Source: Isurus oxyrinchus (taxonomy: Eukaryota). Taken from it: a stretch of DNA of 64,000 nucleotides. The notes beneath the pieces were generated by a model. That model worked only from the letters and a program-made list of their open reading frames with translations, searched no databases and was not told the origin of the DNA. Each line of letters begins with the position of its first letter. The stretch's first letter is position 1. Shown here piece after piece: positions 38,961 through 50,448 of this stretch. The stretch covers positions 1,302,001-1,366,000 of the forward strand of contig JANJGN010000010.1 of the NCBI GenBank assembly GCA_026770705.1. Reading direction: 5' to 3'. Made by a program: the position numbers and the translations under genes.

Positions 38961-39722
38961 TCACTGGACAGACATTATTCCAAGATTATTATTTCAAACA
39001 TTCTAACACATCATTTACTTTCCTAGACATTTTCGTCAACCTCTTAATTTTGTACTTGGTTTTGTTCTATCCAGAGTTAAACGTTAATATACAAGGCTGC
39101 AATGAATAGACTCCACCTTGTCCATTACTGAGCCTATTGTTAATCACTTGTGCAAAGTAGCTTTCTCTTTCACATGAAACTGTTGCAGCTGCTGACATTG
39201 TGTGTTTGACAGTAGTGGCAAAACCAAACTGGAGTGAACGTTTAAAAGCAATATGATGCAAGCTGAAGTTGCTGTGTCTGTTGACAGGCAAACAAAAGTG
39301 TGATTAATGATATGTCAGGTTTATATTAATGCAGATTTTAATTGTGATTAAGTATTATCTGGTATAGGATGGGGTCAAATGCTTGATTTTTAAAATTCTT
39401 TCATGGGATGTGGATGACGCTGGCAAGGCCAGCATTTGTTGCCCATCCCTAACTGCCCTTGAGAATAGCTTGCTCGGCTATTTCAGAGGGAGGTTAAGAG
39501 TCAACCACATTGCTGTGGGTCTGAAGTCACAGGCAGATAACATATAGATAGGAGAATGGTTTGCATTTTATAGCAGATTTAATCTTTAATATAGTTAAAG
39601 TAAATGATTCTTATGCATTGCTGACTTTTTTTATTAGTCACACATGGAATCAAATCAGCTTTGCAGAATTGTTTACTTCCAATCTAGGATTATAGCGCAT
39701 TGGGATTGGATGCTTATTGTAT

Positions 39723-39809
39723 TGTAATATTGAATTTTACTGTAACCTGTAATATTGAATTTTACTGTAACCTGTAATATTGAATTTTACTGTAATCTGT
39801 AATATTGAA
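39723..39809. repeat. 25-bp tandem repeat, 3.5 copies
   Basis: Unit TGTAATATTGAATTTTACTGTAACC. Confidence 0.92.
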
Positions 39810-41042
39810 CCTGTTGCATTTTCAAGAATTTTTCTGCATTTGAAGCAAATTTTACATTAAAAAACTTTGTGCTTTCAATGAGTCCGACCTGGACCAGGTT
39901 TCTATACTGATTGTTTAAATCATTATTGAATGCACTCTATTTACTTAAAGGCTAACCCAAGCTGTTAAACATTAGTATACATGGTGGTAACCCGTTTACT
40001 GCAATTGTTAACTTTGGTGTAGCTTTTTTAAAAAATAAAGATTTACAACTTTTAAACATTTTGTTGTGTAGAATTTGTAATTTACAACATTTTCTAGTTA
40101 TATTCATTCAGCTCGATTATAACTTACCTGCTCTGCTGACTGAATTGTCAGGTCAGCCTCAACATATGATTTTCTGGCTGAGAAATTTAACTTCCATCTC
40201 AAACTGGTCTGTGGACAATCATTCTGAAGAATGGACGTCTGTTAGAATCAGACCAATTTAGGCTAGGGCCTCATTTAAATGCCATTGCACCACACGAGCA
40301 CCTTACTGGCAATTTGCTGGATCTGGGAGAGAAGGAATCCAGCCGGATCCTAAACTGAGGCGGCAACAGGTTGGGTTTGGGAAAGGAGGGTTGCGGTGAG
40401 GGAGGGGGCTGAGGGAGTTTTAGACAGACCAGTGTTCGGTGGCTGTATGAGGAGCACTCCTGCTCCCAAAACACAAACTCCAAATTTCCTTGCACAGTTT
40501 TTGAGGAGCTGACAGTGATCCCTTTAAGAACCAGCAGGTTATTCTCCACAAGGCCTGATATAACTGGATAGATTGTACATGGCACATGCTCCACACATTA
40601 GTCGCTGAATTTTGCAGTTGGTGTACTGGCACCAGCATTGAACCGATATTTGCTGATTTAAGTAGCTAACAGCTACCTCATTTATTACTGCTCTTATCTC
40701 ACTTTCTAGTATTTCTGGCCCATCGACATTACTCTCTTCATCTCAGCTCAATCAGTTCAGTTTTTTCATTTTTTGCAATTAGTTCTTCAATATTCTCTTT
40801 TCATCTTTTTCTTACATCACCTGGCTTTGTTAATAAAACACTTTCCTTATTCTCCGTGCTGTTGTTTTCAATCCTTTATGCTGAGTCTCTCTTGTTTTGC
40901 ATACATAAGGTGTACTCTTCCTCCTTAATCTAATTCTTCGAATATATCAGACTGCTCTTTTAACCATTGTTCTTGTACCTTTTCTGTTTCTCTTATTCAA
41001 GTGTCTGTCTTTTAGCTTTGCCTGCATTTATTATTCTTTCAG

Positions 41043-41337
41043 TGGCTGGACCAGCATTTATTGCCCATGCCAGATTGCCCTTGAGAAGGTGGTGGTGAGC
41101 TGCCTTCTTGAACCGCTGCAGTCCATGTGGTGTAGGTACACCCACAGTGCTGTTAGGGAGGGAGTTCCAGGATTTTGACCCAGCGACAGTGAAGGAACGG
41201 TGATATATTTCCAAGTCAGGATGGTGAGTGGCTTGGAGGGGAACTTCCAGGTGGTGGTGTTCCCATGTGTCTGCTGCCCTTGTCCTTCTAGATGGTAGTG
41301 GTCGTGGGTTTGGAAGGTGCTGTCGAAGGAGCCTTCT
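41043..41337 (-). mobile_element. LINE family A 3' tail
   Basis: Reverse complement of ~2660-2955. Confidence 0.9.
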
Positions 41338-41818
41338 TCCATTTTCTCCTTTCTTCAATCTTTCATGGCATTGTAGTTTGTAATCTCACCCCACCTCTGG
41401 TCTAAAAGTTCTTGTCTCTACTCTTGATATCATTGACACACAATAATTTGGGATACTGTTTGACTAAATGTGAAACACCTTCACTAAATCTCTAAACAAT
41501 AGTACATACTCCCAATGACATTCAGAATGACTGACCAGGCCATTCTGCTGACTGCAGTAACAATCACCATGAGGGCTGTGTCTTTATATGCCTCCCTGAA
41601 CCTGGCCTTTGGCACATAATATAATACCTTGAATCGGACCATCCGATTGGATTATTAATCCTAATCTGGCCATCATGGACATATCCTGCCCCCAGCAGGG
41701 GTAGCTGTCTCCAGGCACTTGTCACCAGTGGGTGTGATCATAGTATCTGGGGACAGGACGAAGGCAATTCACACAGAGATGAAGTGTCTGTGGCAAATCA
41801 TCACCTCAGGAGCCTGCC

Positions 41819-41819
41819 T

Positions 41820-41861
<42 letters not shown>

Positions 41862-41898
41862 TTATGTGAGTGTCTGTGTGTGTCTGTGTGTGTGTGTT
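41819..41898. repeat. (TG)n microsatellite within LTR-like sequence
   Basis: TG run. Confidence 0.9.
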
Positions 41899-42487
41899 TG
41901 TTTAGCTGAAGCTGCCTTTATTTTAAAACAATTTGAGCCTCAGTGATTCCTTTGGTGAAAACTCTTTTCCATGTTTTAACCACCATGAGACAAGCTCTGC
42001 TCACAGGACCCCACCAAAACCCACTTACATTCACTAATATGAAAGAAATAAAAGCACGGTTATATGATTAAAAGAGATTCATACAATACAATTTAAATGA
42101 TGCATTGCTTACATGTTACAACCCATAGTTTCATGATCCTTTTTCCTCATAAAAATCCTTTTGCTATTTACCCCTCCCTTGAGATTCTTTCATCTGTTTC
42201 CATTGCTCATCCTGATCTTTACCAGCTGCTGCTGCATTCACCTCATTTACAAATACTTCATTCACCTCTTTCAGCCTCTGGAAGTTCCGCTGTTTTCTGC
42301 ATATTCCACCCTGGATCGTCTTCAGTTGGAATATTGTTCCCATTTTACTGATGTTTCATTGTGAACTGTGAGGAGGGTGGTGTAGAAATTCAAAAGGACA
42401 GAGACAAGTTGGTGGAGTGGGCAGACAAGTGGCAAGTGAAATTTAATTAATGAGAAATGTGAAGTGATTCATGTTGGTAGGAAGAGC

Positions 42488-42897
42488 AGGGACATGTCAA
42501 AGAATAAATATATAAATTTTTATTAGATTTTAAAACACTTCATGACTTCATGAGGTTTCATGATAAATGCGAAGGCCGCCTGGGCTCTTCACCTGCCCCC
42601 CGCTGGCCTTAAGGTTGGACTGGCAGCTCCGTTAACTATTTTAATTAGTTTTTAACGGGCCTTATTAGGCCTTTGACACTTCGGTGGGTGTGTAGCTGAG
42701 TCGGCTGCGCACCCACCGAACTGGAAATCTAAATGACAGGCGGTGATGTTGGGACACACACATGCTCGCTGACCGGAAATTTCTTGCCATTGGCCAGGAT
42801 TTTCTGGCCCCGTTGTGGGTGGGACTGGCCGCAGGCGAGGCAGCGCCACAGGGGACCGGAAGATCGTGGTGGTGGGTAGGCATGGAAAATCCCACCC
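42488..42897. mobile_element. Partial Harbinger MITE followed by a ~105-bp mini-MITE
   Basis: Family body to 42788; then GGCCAGGATTTTC...GAAAATCCCACCC. Confidence 0.7.
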
Positions 42898-43374
42898 AAT
42901 GACTTACAAAGGACATCACTTACATAAATATCTAAGGTTAGGAAAGCCACATAAACTATTCCTGGTTGGTCAAGGGGAGTGTCTCCTCCCACGCGGAGCT
43001 GAAGATGAGCGGGGTGAAGAAGGGGTTAATTGGATAACAGCCAGGATAAGGATGTCCTCACGGCAGAGAAAACACCCTCCAGAGGCAAGAACAAAACAAG
43101 AGACAAAGGAGGGAGAGGGGAAGAGAGACAGAGAGAGAGCGAGCGGGACAGAGAGAGAAAGAGAGAGTGAAAACCTGTGAGTGTGCTCTACCAGCCAGTT
43201 CTCGGCATGGGCAGAACTTCCGTGTTAAACTGTAAATCACACTAATCAGAGAGAAACTGTTCCCATTGGTGAAAGGATCAAGAGCCAGAGGGCAGAGATT
43301 TGGCAATTGGTAAAAGAAGCAATGATGACAAGAGGAGAAATATTTTTTACTCAGCAACTGATTAGGTTCTGGAA

Positions 43375-45135
43375 TAGAAACTAGGAGCAGGAGTAGGCCA
43401 TTCGGCCCTTCGAGCCTGCTCCGCCATTCAATATGATCATGGCTGATCCTCTATCTCAAGGCCATATTCCCGCCTTCTCCCCATGCTCCTTGATATCTTT
43501 ACAGTCCAGAAATCCATCTATTTCCTTCTTAAATATATGCAGTGACTTGCCCTCCATAGCCTTCTGAGAATTCCACAGGTTCACCACCTTATGAGTGAAG
43601 AATTTCTCCTCATCTCAGTCCTAAATGGTCTATCCCGTATCCTGAGGCTGTGACCCCTTGTTCTAGACTCCACCCAGCCAGAGGAAACATCATCCCTGCA
43701 TCCAGTCTGTCCATTCCTGTTAGAATTTTATAAGTTGCAATGAGATCCCCTCTCATTCTTCTAAACTCCAGTGAATACAGGACTAGTGGGCCCAATCTCT
43801 CCTCATACGACAATCCTGCCATCCCAGAAATCAGTCTGGTGAACCTTCACTGCACTCCCTCTATGGCAAGTATATCCTTTCTTAGGTAAGGAGACCAAAA
43901 CTGCACAGAATACTCCAGATGTGGTCTCACCAAGGCCCTGTACAGCTGCAGTAAGACATCCTTGCTCCTGTACTCAAGTCCTCTGGTAATGAAGGCCAAC
44001 ATACCATTTACCTTCTTAACTACTTGCTGCACCTGCATGCTTGCTTTCAGTGATTGGTGTACAAGGACACCCAGGTCCCTTTGTACACCAACATTTCCCA
44101 ATCTATCACTATTTAAATAATACTCTGCCATTCTGTTTTTCCTATCAAAGTGGATAACTTCACACTTATCCATGTTATACTCCATCTGCCACATATTTGC
44201 CCACTCACTCAACCTGTCTAAATCATCTTGAAGCCTCTTAACATCCTCCTCATCACTCACATTCCCACCAAGTTTCATGTCATCAGCAAACTTGGAAATA
44301 TTACATTTGGTTCCCTCATCCAAATATATATTGTGAATAGCTGGGGCCCAAGCACTGATCCCTGTGGTACCCCACTAGTCACCGTCTGCCACTCCAAAAG
44401 GACCCATTTATTCCTACTTTCTATTTCCTGTCTGCTAACCAATTCTCAATCCATGTCAATATTTTTACCCTCAATCCCATGTGCTTTAATCTTACATACT
44501 AACCTCTTATGTGGGACTTTATCAAAAGCTTTCTGAAAATCCAAATACACCACATCCACTGGTTCTCCCTTATCTATTTTGCTAGTTACTTCCTCAAAAA
44601 CCTCCAGTAGGTTTGTCAAACATGATTTCCCTTTTGTAAATCCATGCTGACATTGTCTAATCCTGTTGATATTTTCTAAGTGTCCTGTTATCACATCCTT
44701 TATACTAGAATCTAGCATTTCCTACAACTGATGTTAGGCTAACCGGCCTGTAATTCCCTGTATTCTCTTTCCCTCCTTTTTCAAATAATGGGGTTACATT
44801 TGTCACCCTCCAATCTGTCGGGACTGTTCCAGAATCTACAGAATTTTGGAAGATGACAACCAACACATCCACTATTTCCATGGCCACCTCCTTTAGTACC
44901 CTGGGATGTAGATTATCAGGCCGTGGGGATTTATCAGCTTTCAGTCCCATTAATTTCTCCAGCACTGTTTTGTTAGTAATACTAATTTCCTTCAGTTCCT
45001 CCTTCTCACTAGACCCTTGGTTCCCTCACATTTCTGGGAAGTTATTTGTGTCTTCCTCCATGAAGAGAGAACTAAAGTGGTTGTTTAATTGCTCTGCCAT
45101 TTCCAATTCTCATTATAAATTCTCTCATTTCGGAC
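43375..45135 (-). mobile_element. CR1 LINE (family B) RT region and 3' tail
   Basis: KSPRPDNLHPRVLKE, QHGFTKGKSCLTNL, YLDFQKAFDKVPH, KFADD, YRALVRPHLEY. Confidence 0.92.
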
Positions 45136-45614
45136 TGAGCAAGAGAGTGGTGGAGGCAATGTCAATCGAGGCTTTCAAGACGGAATTGGATTCAAGAGAG
45201 AATCCGCAAAGGATGAATGTGAAGATTACAGTGAAAAGGCAGAGGAGTGGGGCTAGGTAAATTGCTCCTTTAAAGGGCTAGCATAGACGTGATGGGCCAA
45301 ATGACCTCTTTCTGTATTGTAACCATCCTGTTTATTTCTGAAAACAGTTATATGCTATGAGTGGTTAGGATTAGAATGCAGTGAGGGTGGTGGTTACAGA
45401 TTTAATCACATCATCCAGGGATATGGAGAAACAGAGGGGGAATGTGACTAGCTGGATTCCTCTTTGAAACAGCTTGGGCAGATTTGATGCAGCAAACGCC
45501 TTCTCTCTGTGCCGTACTAATCTATGACTCCATGATTCAACTTACCTGAGCAAGATACTAGGCTTCTCACTGGAAAACTAAACTGAGCCATTGGGGGTAC
45601 TTGTGTTCTAACTC

Positions 45615-48600
45615 ATAGACTCATAGACGTTTACAGCACAGAAGGAGGCCATTCGGTCCATTGTGTTCTCGCCAGTCACCAAAGATCTGACTACATTAAT
45701 CCCATTTTCCAGTGCTTGGCCCATAGCCCTGGAGGACTATGAATATCTAAATAATTCTTAAATTTAACGAGAGTTTCTGACTGAACCACCCTTTCAGGCA
45801 GTGGGTTCCAGACTCCCACCGCCCTCTGGGTGAAAAAGATTCTCCTCAACTCCCCTCTTAGCCTTCTACCTCTTACTTTAAATCTATGCCCCCTGGTTAT
45901 GGACCCTTCTATTAATGGAAAAAGTGCCTTCCTATCCACCCTATCTATGCCCCTCAATCTTATACACCTCAGTCAGGCCCCCCTTCAACCTTCGCTGCTC
46001 CAAGGAAAACAACGCCAGCCTATCCAATCTTTCCTCATAGCTCAGACCCTCCAGCCCAGGCAGCATCCTGGTAAATCTCCTCTGCACTCTCTCCAGTGCA
46101 ATCACATCCTTCCTACAATGTGGTGACCAGAACTGCGCACAGGACTCCAGTTGTGGCCTAACCAGCGTTTTATTCAGTTCCAGTATAACCACCTTGCTCT
46201 TGTATTCTATGTCTCAGCTAATAAAGGCAAGTATCCATGTGTCTTCTTAACCACCTTATCTACCTGCCCTGCTACCTTCAGGGATCTGTGGATATGCACA
46301 CCAAGGTCCCTCTGATCTTCAGACACTTCAGTACAAGGTCCTTCCATTCATAATCTAATCCCTTAACTTGTTAGCCCTCCCCAAGTGCATTACCTCACAC
46401 TTTTTCAGGTTAAATTCCATTAGCCACTGCTCTGCCCACTTGACCAGCCCATTGATATCCTCCTGCAGTTTACAGCTATCCTCCTCACTATTTACCACCT
46501 TACCGATTTTTATGTCATCTGTGAACATCTTGATCATCCCCCCTACATTTAAGTCCAAATCATTTATGTACGCCACAAACAGCAAGGACCCCAGCACCGA
46601 GCACTGCAGAACCTCACTGGAAACAGACTTCCAGTCACAGAAACATCCCTCTACCATCACCCTCTGCTTCCTGCCTCTCAGTCAATTTTGAATCTAACAT
46701 GTCACTTTGCCTTGGATCCCATGGGCTCTTACTTTCTTAACCAGTCTGCATTGAGGGACCTTATCACAGAATCAGAATCACAGAGTCAGTGCAGAAGAGG
46801 CCCTTCAGCCCACTGAGTCTGCACCGACACATGAGAAACACCTGACCTACCGATCTAATCCCATTTACCAGCACTTGGCCCATAGCCTTGAATGTAATGA
46901 TGTGCCAAGTGCTCATCCAAGTACTTTGTAAAGGATGTGAGGCAACCCGCCTCCACCACCCTCCCAGGAAGTGCATTCCAGACTGAGTATCAAAAGCCTT
47001 GCTAAAGTCTATGTAGACCACAGCAAATGCATTACCCTCAGCTACATCCCTGGTTACTTCCTCAAAAAACTTGACCAAATTTGTCAAACACGAACTTCCC
47101 TCAACAAATCCACGCTGACTACTCCTGATTAATCTGTGTCTCCAAGTGCAGATATATTCTGTCCCTCAGAATTCTTTCTAGTAACTTCCACACCATTGAG
47201 GTTAGACTAACAGGCCTGTAATTTCCTGCTCTATCCCTTCCTCCCTTTTTTAATAATGGGACAACGTTAGCAGTCCTCCAGTCCTCTGTCACCTCACATG
47301 CAGCCAGAGAGGATTTGAAAATTACTGCCACTGCCCCTAATATCCCTTCTCTTGCCTCCCTCAACAGCCTGGGATACATCTCATCCGGGCCTGTGGATTT
47401 ATCCACTTTTAAGGCCACTAAACCCACCAGTACCTCCTCTCTCTGTATGTTAATTTCCTCTAATATTTCACAATCCTCCACCCTGATGTCTATACCTGCA
47501 TCATCCTTTTCCATTATGAAGACAGACGCAAAGTATTCATCAAGGACCGCACTCACGTCTTCCGGGACCATACATACATTACCTCTATGGTCCTTAATTG
47601 GCCCTACTCTTTCCCTAGTTATTTTCTTGCTCTTTATATAGTTAAGAAACCCCTTTGGGTTTTCCTTTATTCTACCCACCAATGCTTTCTCATGCACTCT
47701 CTTAGCTTCCCTAATTTCCTTTTTAACTTCCCCTCTGCATTTTTTGTACTCCGCTAAGGACTCTGCCGTATTGAGCCTCGGTATCTGCCATAAGCTTCTC
47801 TTTTTTTCTTAATCCTGACTTTTATGTCCCTTTGACATCCAGGGTTTTTTGGACTTGGTCCCCCCTTTGTTTTTATGGGAACATATTTGCCCTGTACTCT
47901 CTATTTCCACCTTGAATGCCTCCCACTGCTCTGACACAGTTTTATCTGCAAGTAGCTGCTCCCAGTGCCCTTGGGCCAAATTGTATCTCATCTTAGTAAA
48001 ATTAGCCTTTCACCAGTTTAGAACTTTTATTCCCAGCCCAAACATTCTTTTCCATAACTATTCTAAATCTAACTGAGTTATGGTCACTATCTCCAAACTG
48101 CATCCTGACTGATTCGCCTTCCATCTGCCTGGGCTCATTTCCAAACTTTAGCTCCAGAACTGTCTCCTCCTTTGTTGGGCTTTCTACGTTCTGGCTAAAA
48201 AAGTTCTCCTGGATGCAACTTAAGAATTTTGCTCCCTCCCTACCTTACACACTGAAACTATCCCAGTTATTATTTGGGTTGTTAAAATCCCCGACTATTA
48301 CTGCCTTATTATTCTTACACTTCTCTGAAATGTGATGACATATTTGATCCTCTATCTCTCCCTGACTGTTTGGGGGTCTATACCACACACCCAACAGCGC
48401 GTTTGTCCCTTTTGTGTTTTTTACTTCTACCCATATGGCCTCATTTGATGATCCTTCCAAGAGATCATCCCTCCTCACTGCTAGAATTGATTCCTTGGTC
48501 AATATTACAACTCCACCTCCTCTTCTATCCCCCACTCTAACTTGTCTGAATACCCTATAACCAGGAATGTTGAACTGCCAATCCTGCCCTTTTAGCCAAG

Positions 48601-48985
48601 TCTCGGTCATAGCTATGATATCAAACTCCCACGTGCCTATCTGTGCCCTCAGCTCATCTGTCTTATCCCTCAGGCTCCTTGCATTAAAATATATTCCATT
48701 TAGCCTTGCTAAACTCACATCTTTCTTATCTAGCCTATGTTTCCTCTGCCTTCCAGACTCACTTACTAGTGTTTTAACTTCTAATTCTATCCCAGCTTCT
48801 CTCCCTCTGAACTACTTTTCAGGATCTCATCCCCCTGCCAATTTAGTTTAAATCCATCCCAGCAGCATTAGCAAACCTCCCTGCGAGACTGTTGGTCCCG
48901 TTCCTATTCAGATGTAACCCATCCAACTTGTACAGATCCCACCTCCCCCAGAAACAGTCCCGGAATCTAAAGCCCTCCCTCCTCA
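45615..48985 (-). mobile_element. Near full-length CR1 ORF2 (APE endonuclease + RT), decayed; a CR1 tail is nested at 46767-46987 with TATCA TSD
   Basis: YFNARSL..DIIAMTETWL, YRPP, VGDFN (endonuclease); GNYRPVSLTS, DFSKAFD, YINDL (RT). Confidence 0.92.
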
Positions 48986-49351
48986 GAGTATCTTTTATTT
49001 GCCCCCGGAATGTCTAATTGTAATTTGCGGTGAGAGGAAAAGCAAAACAGGTGATGATGCTGCGACAGGTTGTCTGACACTGCACCTGACTTCCTTTTTC
49101 AATGGGAGTGTTAGCTGAACAGATTGTAACGCTGGTTGCCAATCCACTATTGGTGTTAGTGCCTGGGATGAATTCTGTCCTTAATAGATGGTGACGCAGC
49201 TCATTCCCAATTTCAGTCAGAACATGAGAAGGAGACACTAAGAGGAAGCTGGGACATCTTCTCCATTGGGGGTGGAATATCTGGGAGAGAATTTTCATTC
49301 CCAGTAACCGATTGAGTTGAGCTGATATTGTCCCAGGAGAAAGCCGCTAAT

Positions 49352-49704
49352 ACGGGACCAACAGCCTCGCAGGGAGGTTTGCTAATGCTGCTGGGGTGGA
49401 TTTAAACTAAATTGGCAGGGGGATGAGATCCTGAAAAGTAGTTCAGAGGGAGAGAAGCTGGGATGGAATTAGAAGTTAAAACACTGGTAAGTGAGTCTGG
49501 AAGGCAGAGGAAACATAGGCTAGATAAGAAAGATGTGAGTTTAGCAAGGCTAAATGGAATATATTTTAATGCAAGGAACCTGAGGGATAAGACAGATGAG
49601 TTGAGGGCACAGATAGGCACGTGGGAGTTTGATATCATAGCTATGACCGAGACTTGGCTAAAAGGGCAGGATTGGCAGTTCAACATTCCTAGTTATAGGA
49701 TATT
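49352..49704 (+). repeat. Inverted duplicate of 48549-48901
   Basis: About 350 bp; about 8 mismatches by eye to the reverse complement. Confidence 0.95.
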
Positions 49705-50448
49705 ATATTAGACTTCTGCCAAAAGACGGGACTGGAGATGAATTCCAGGAAGACCAAGGACTTCCACTTCATCCACAAAAGGAAGACGTTCCTGTACAAC
49801 ACAAGAGCAAACTGGCAACTGAAAGGAGGTCCGATCTCTTACATACCACCAGGAGACACAGAGAAATACCTGGGTGCCAGAATCGACCCATGGGCAGGAG
49901 TCACTGAGGAGCAATGGGGATCCAGAATCGGTATGTGGATAGAGAATCTGAAGAAAGCAGCTCTTCGGACTATCCAGAGGATTGAAATCCTCAAAACGCA
50001 TATGATACCCTGAATATATTTCCACCTGATCCTTGCAGAGGTCTCACAGAATACAATAGTCAAACTGGACCAATGTATCAAGAATGGAACAAAAGAAACC
50101 CTATACCTTCCGCCACATACAATGGATGGTTTACTATACAGCAGCAACAGGAATGGAGGTCTGGGCATGTCAAGGCTCGAAGTGCAGATTCTGTCCGCCA
50201 TTATCCGAAAATTAGAGGCGCTGGAGAGCTCACCGGACGCGGTGATAGAGGCCTCTTTTGAATTCAGCGGAATTGACAACAAACAAACAATCGACTCCCT
50301 GAGGAACCTCAAAGTACTCAGAGAGATCGAAGAAGCCCTCAAGGATAGTGGAGGTCTAAGAGGGACCGATGAAGGATATGGCGCGGATGAAATTGGTATC
50401 ACAATGGGATGGACGGATACTACCCAAACGTCCAGACCCAAACCCATC
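49705..50448 (+). mobile_element. R2-like (RLE non-LTR) reverse transcriptase C-terminal/thumb fragment
   Basis: One frame with a single stop (50011-13): DFCQKTGLEMNSRKT..EKYLG..QRIEILKTHMIP*IYFHL..DGLLYSSNRNGGLG. Confidence 0.75.
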
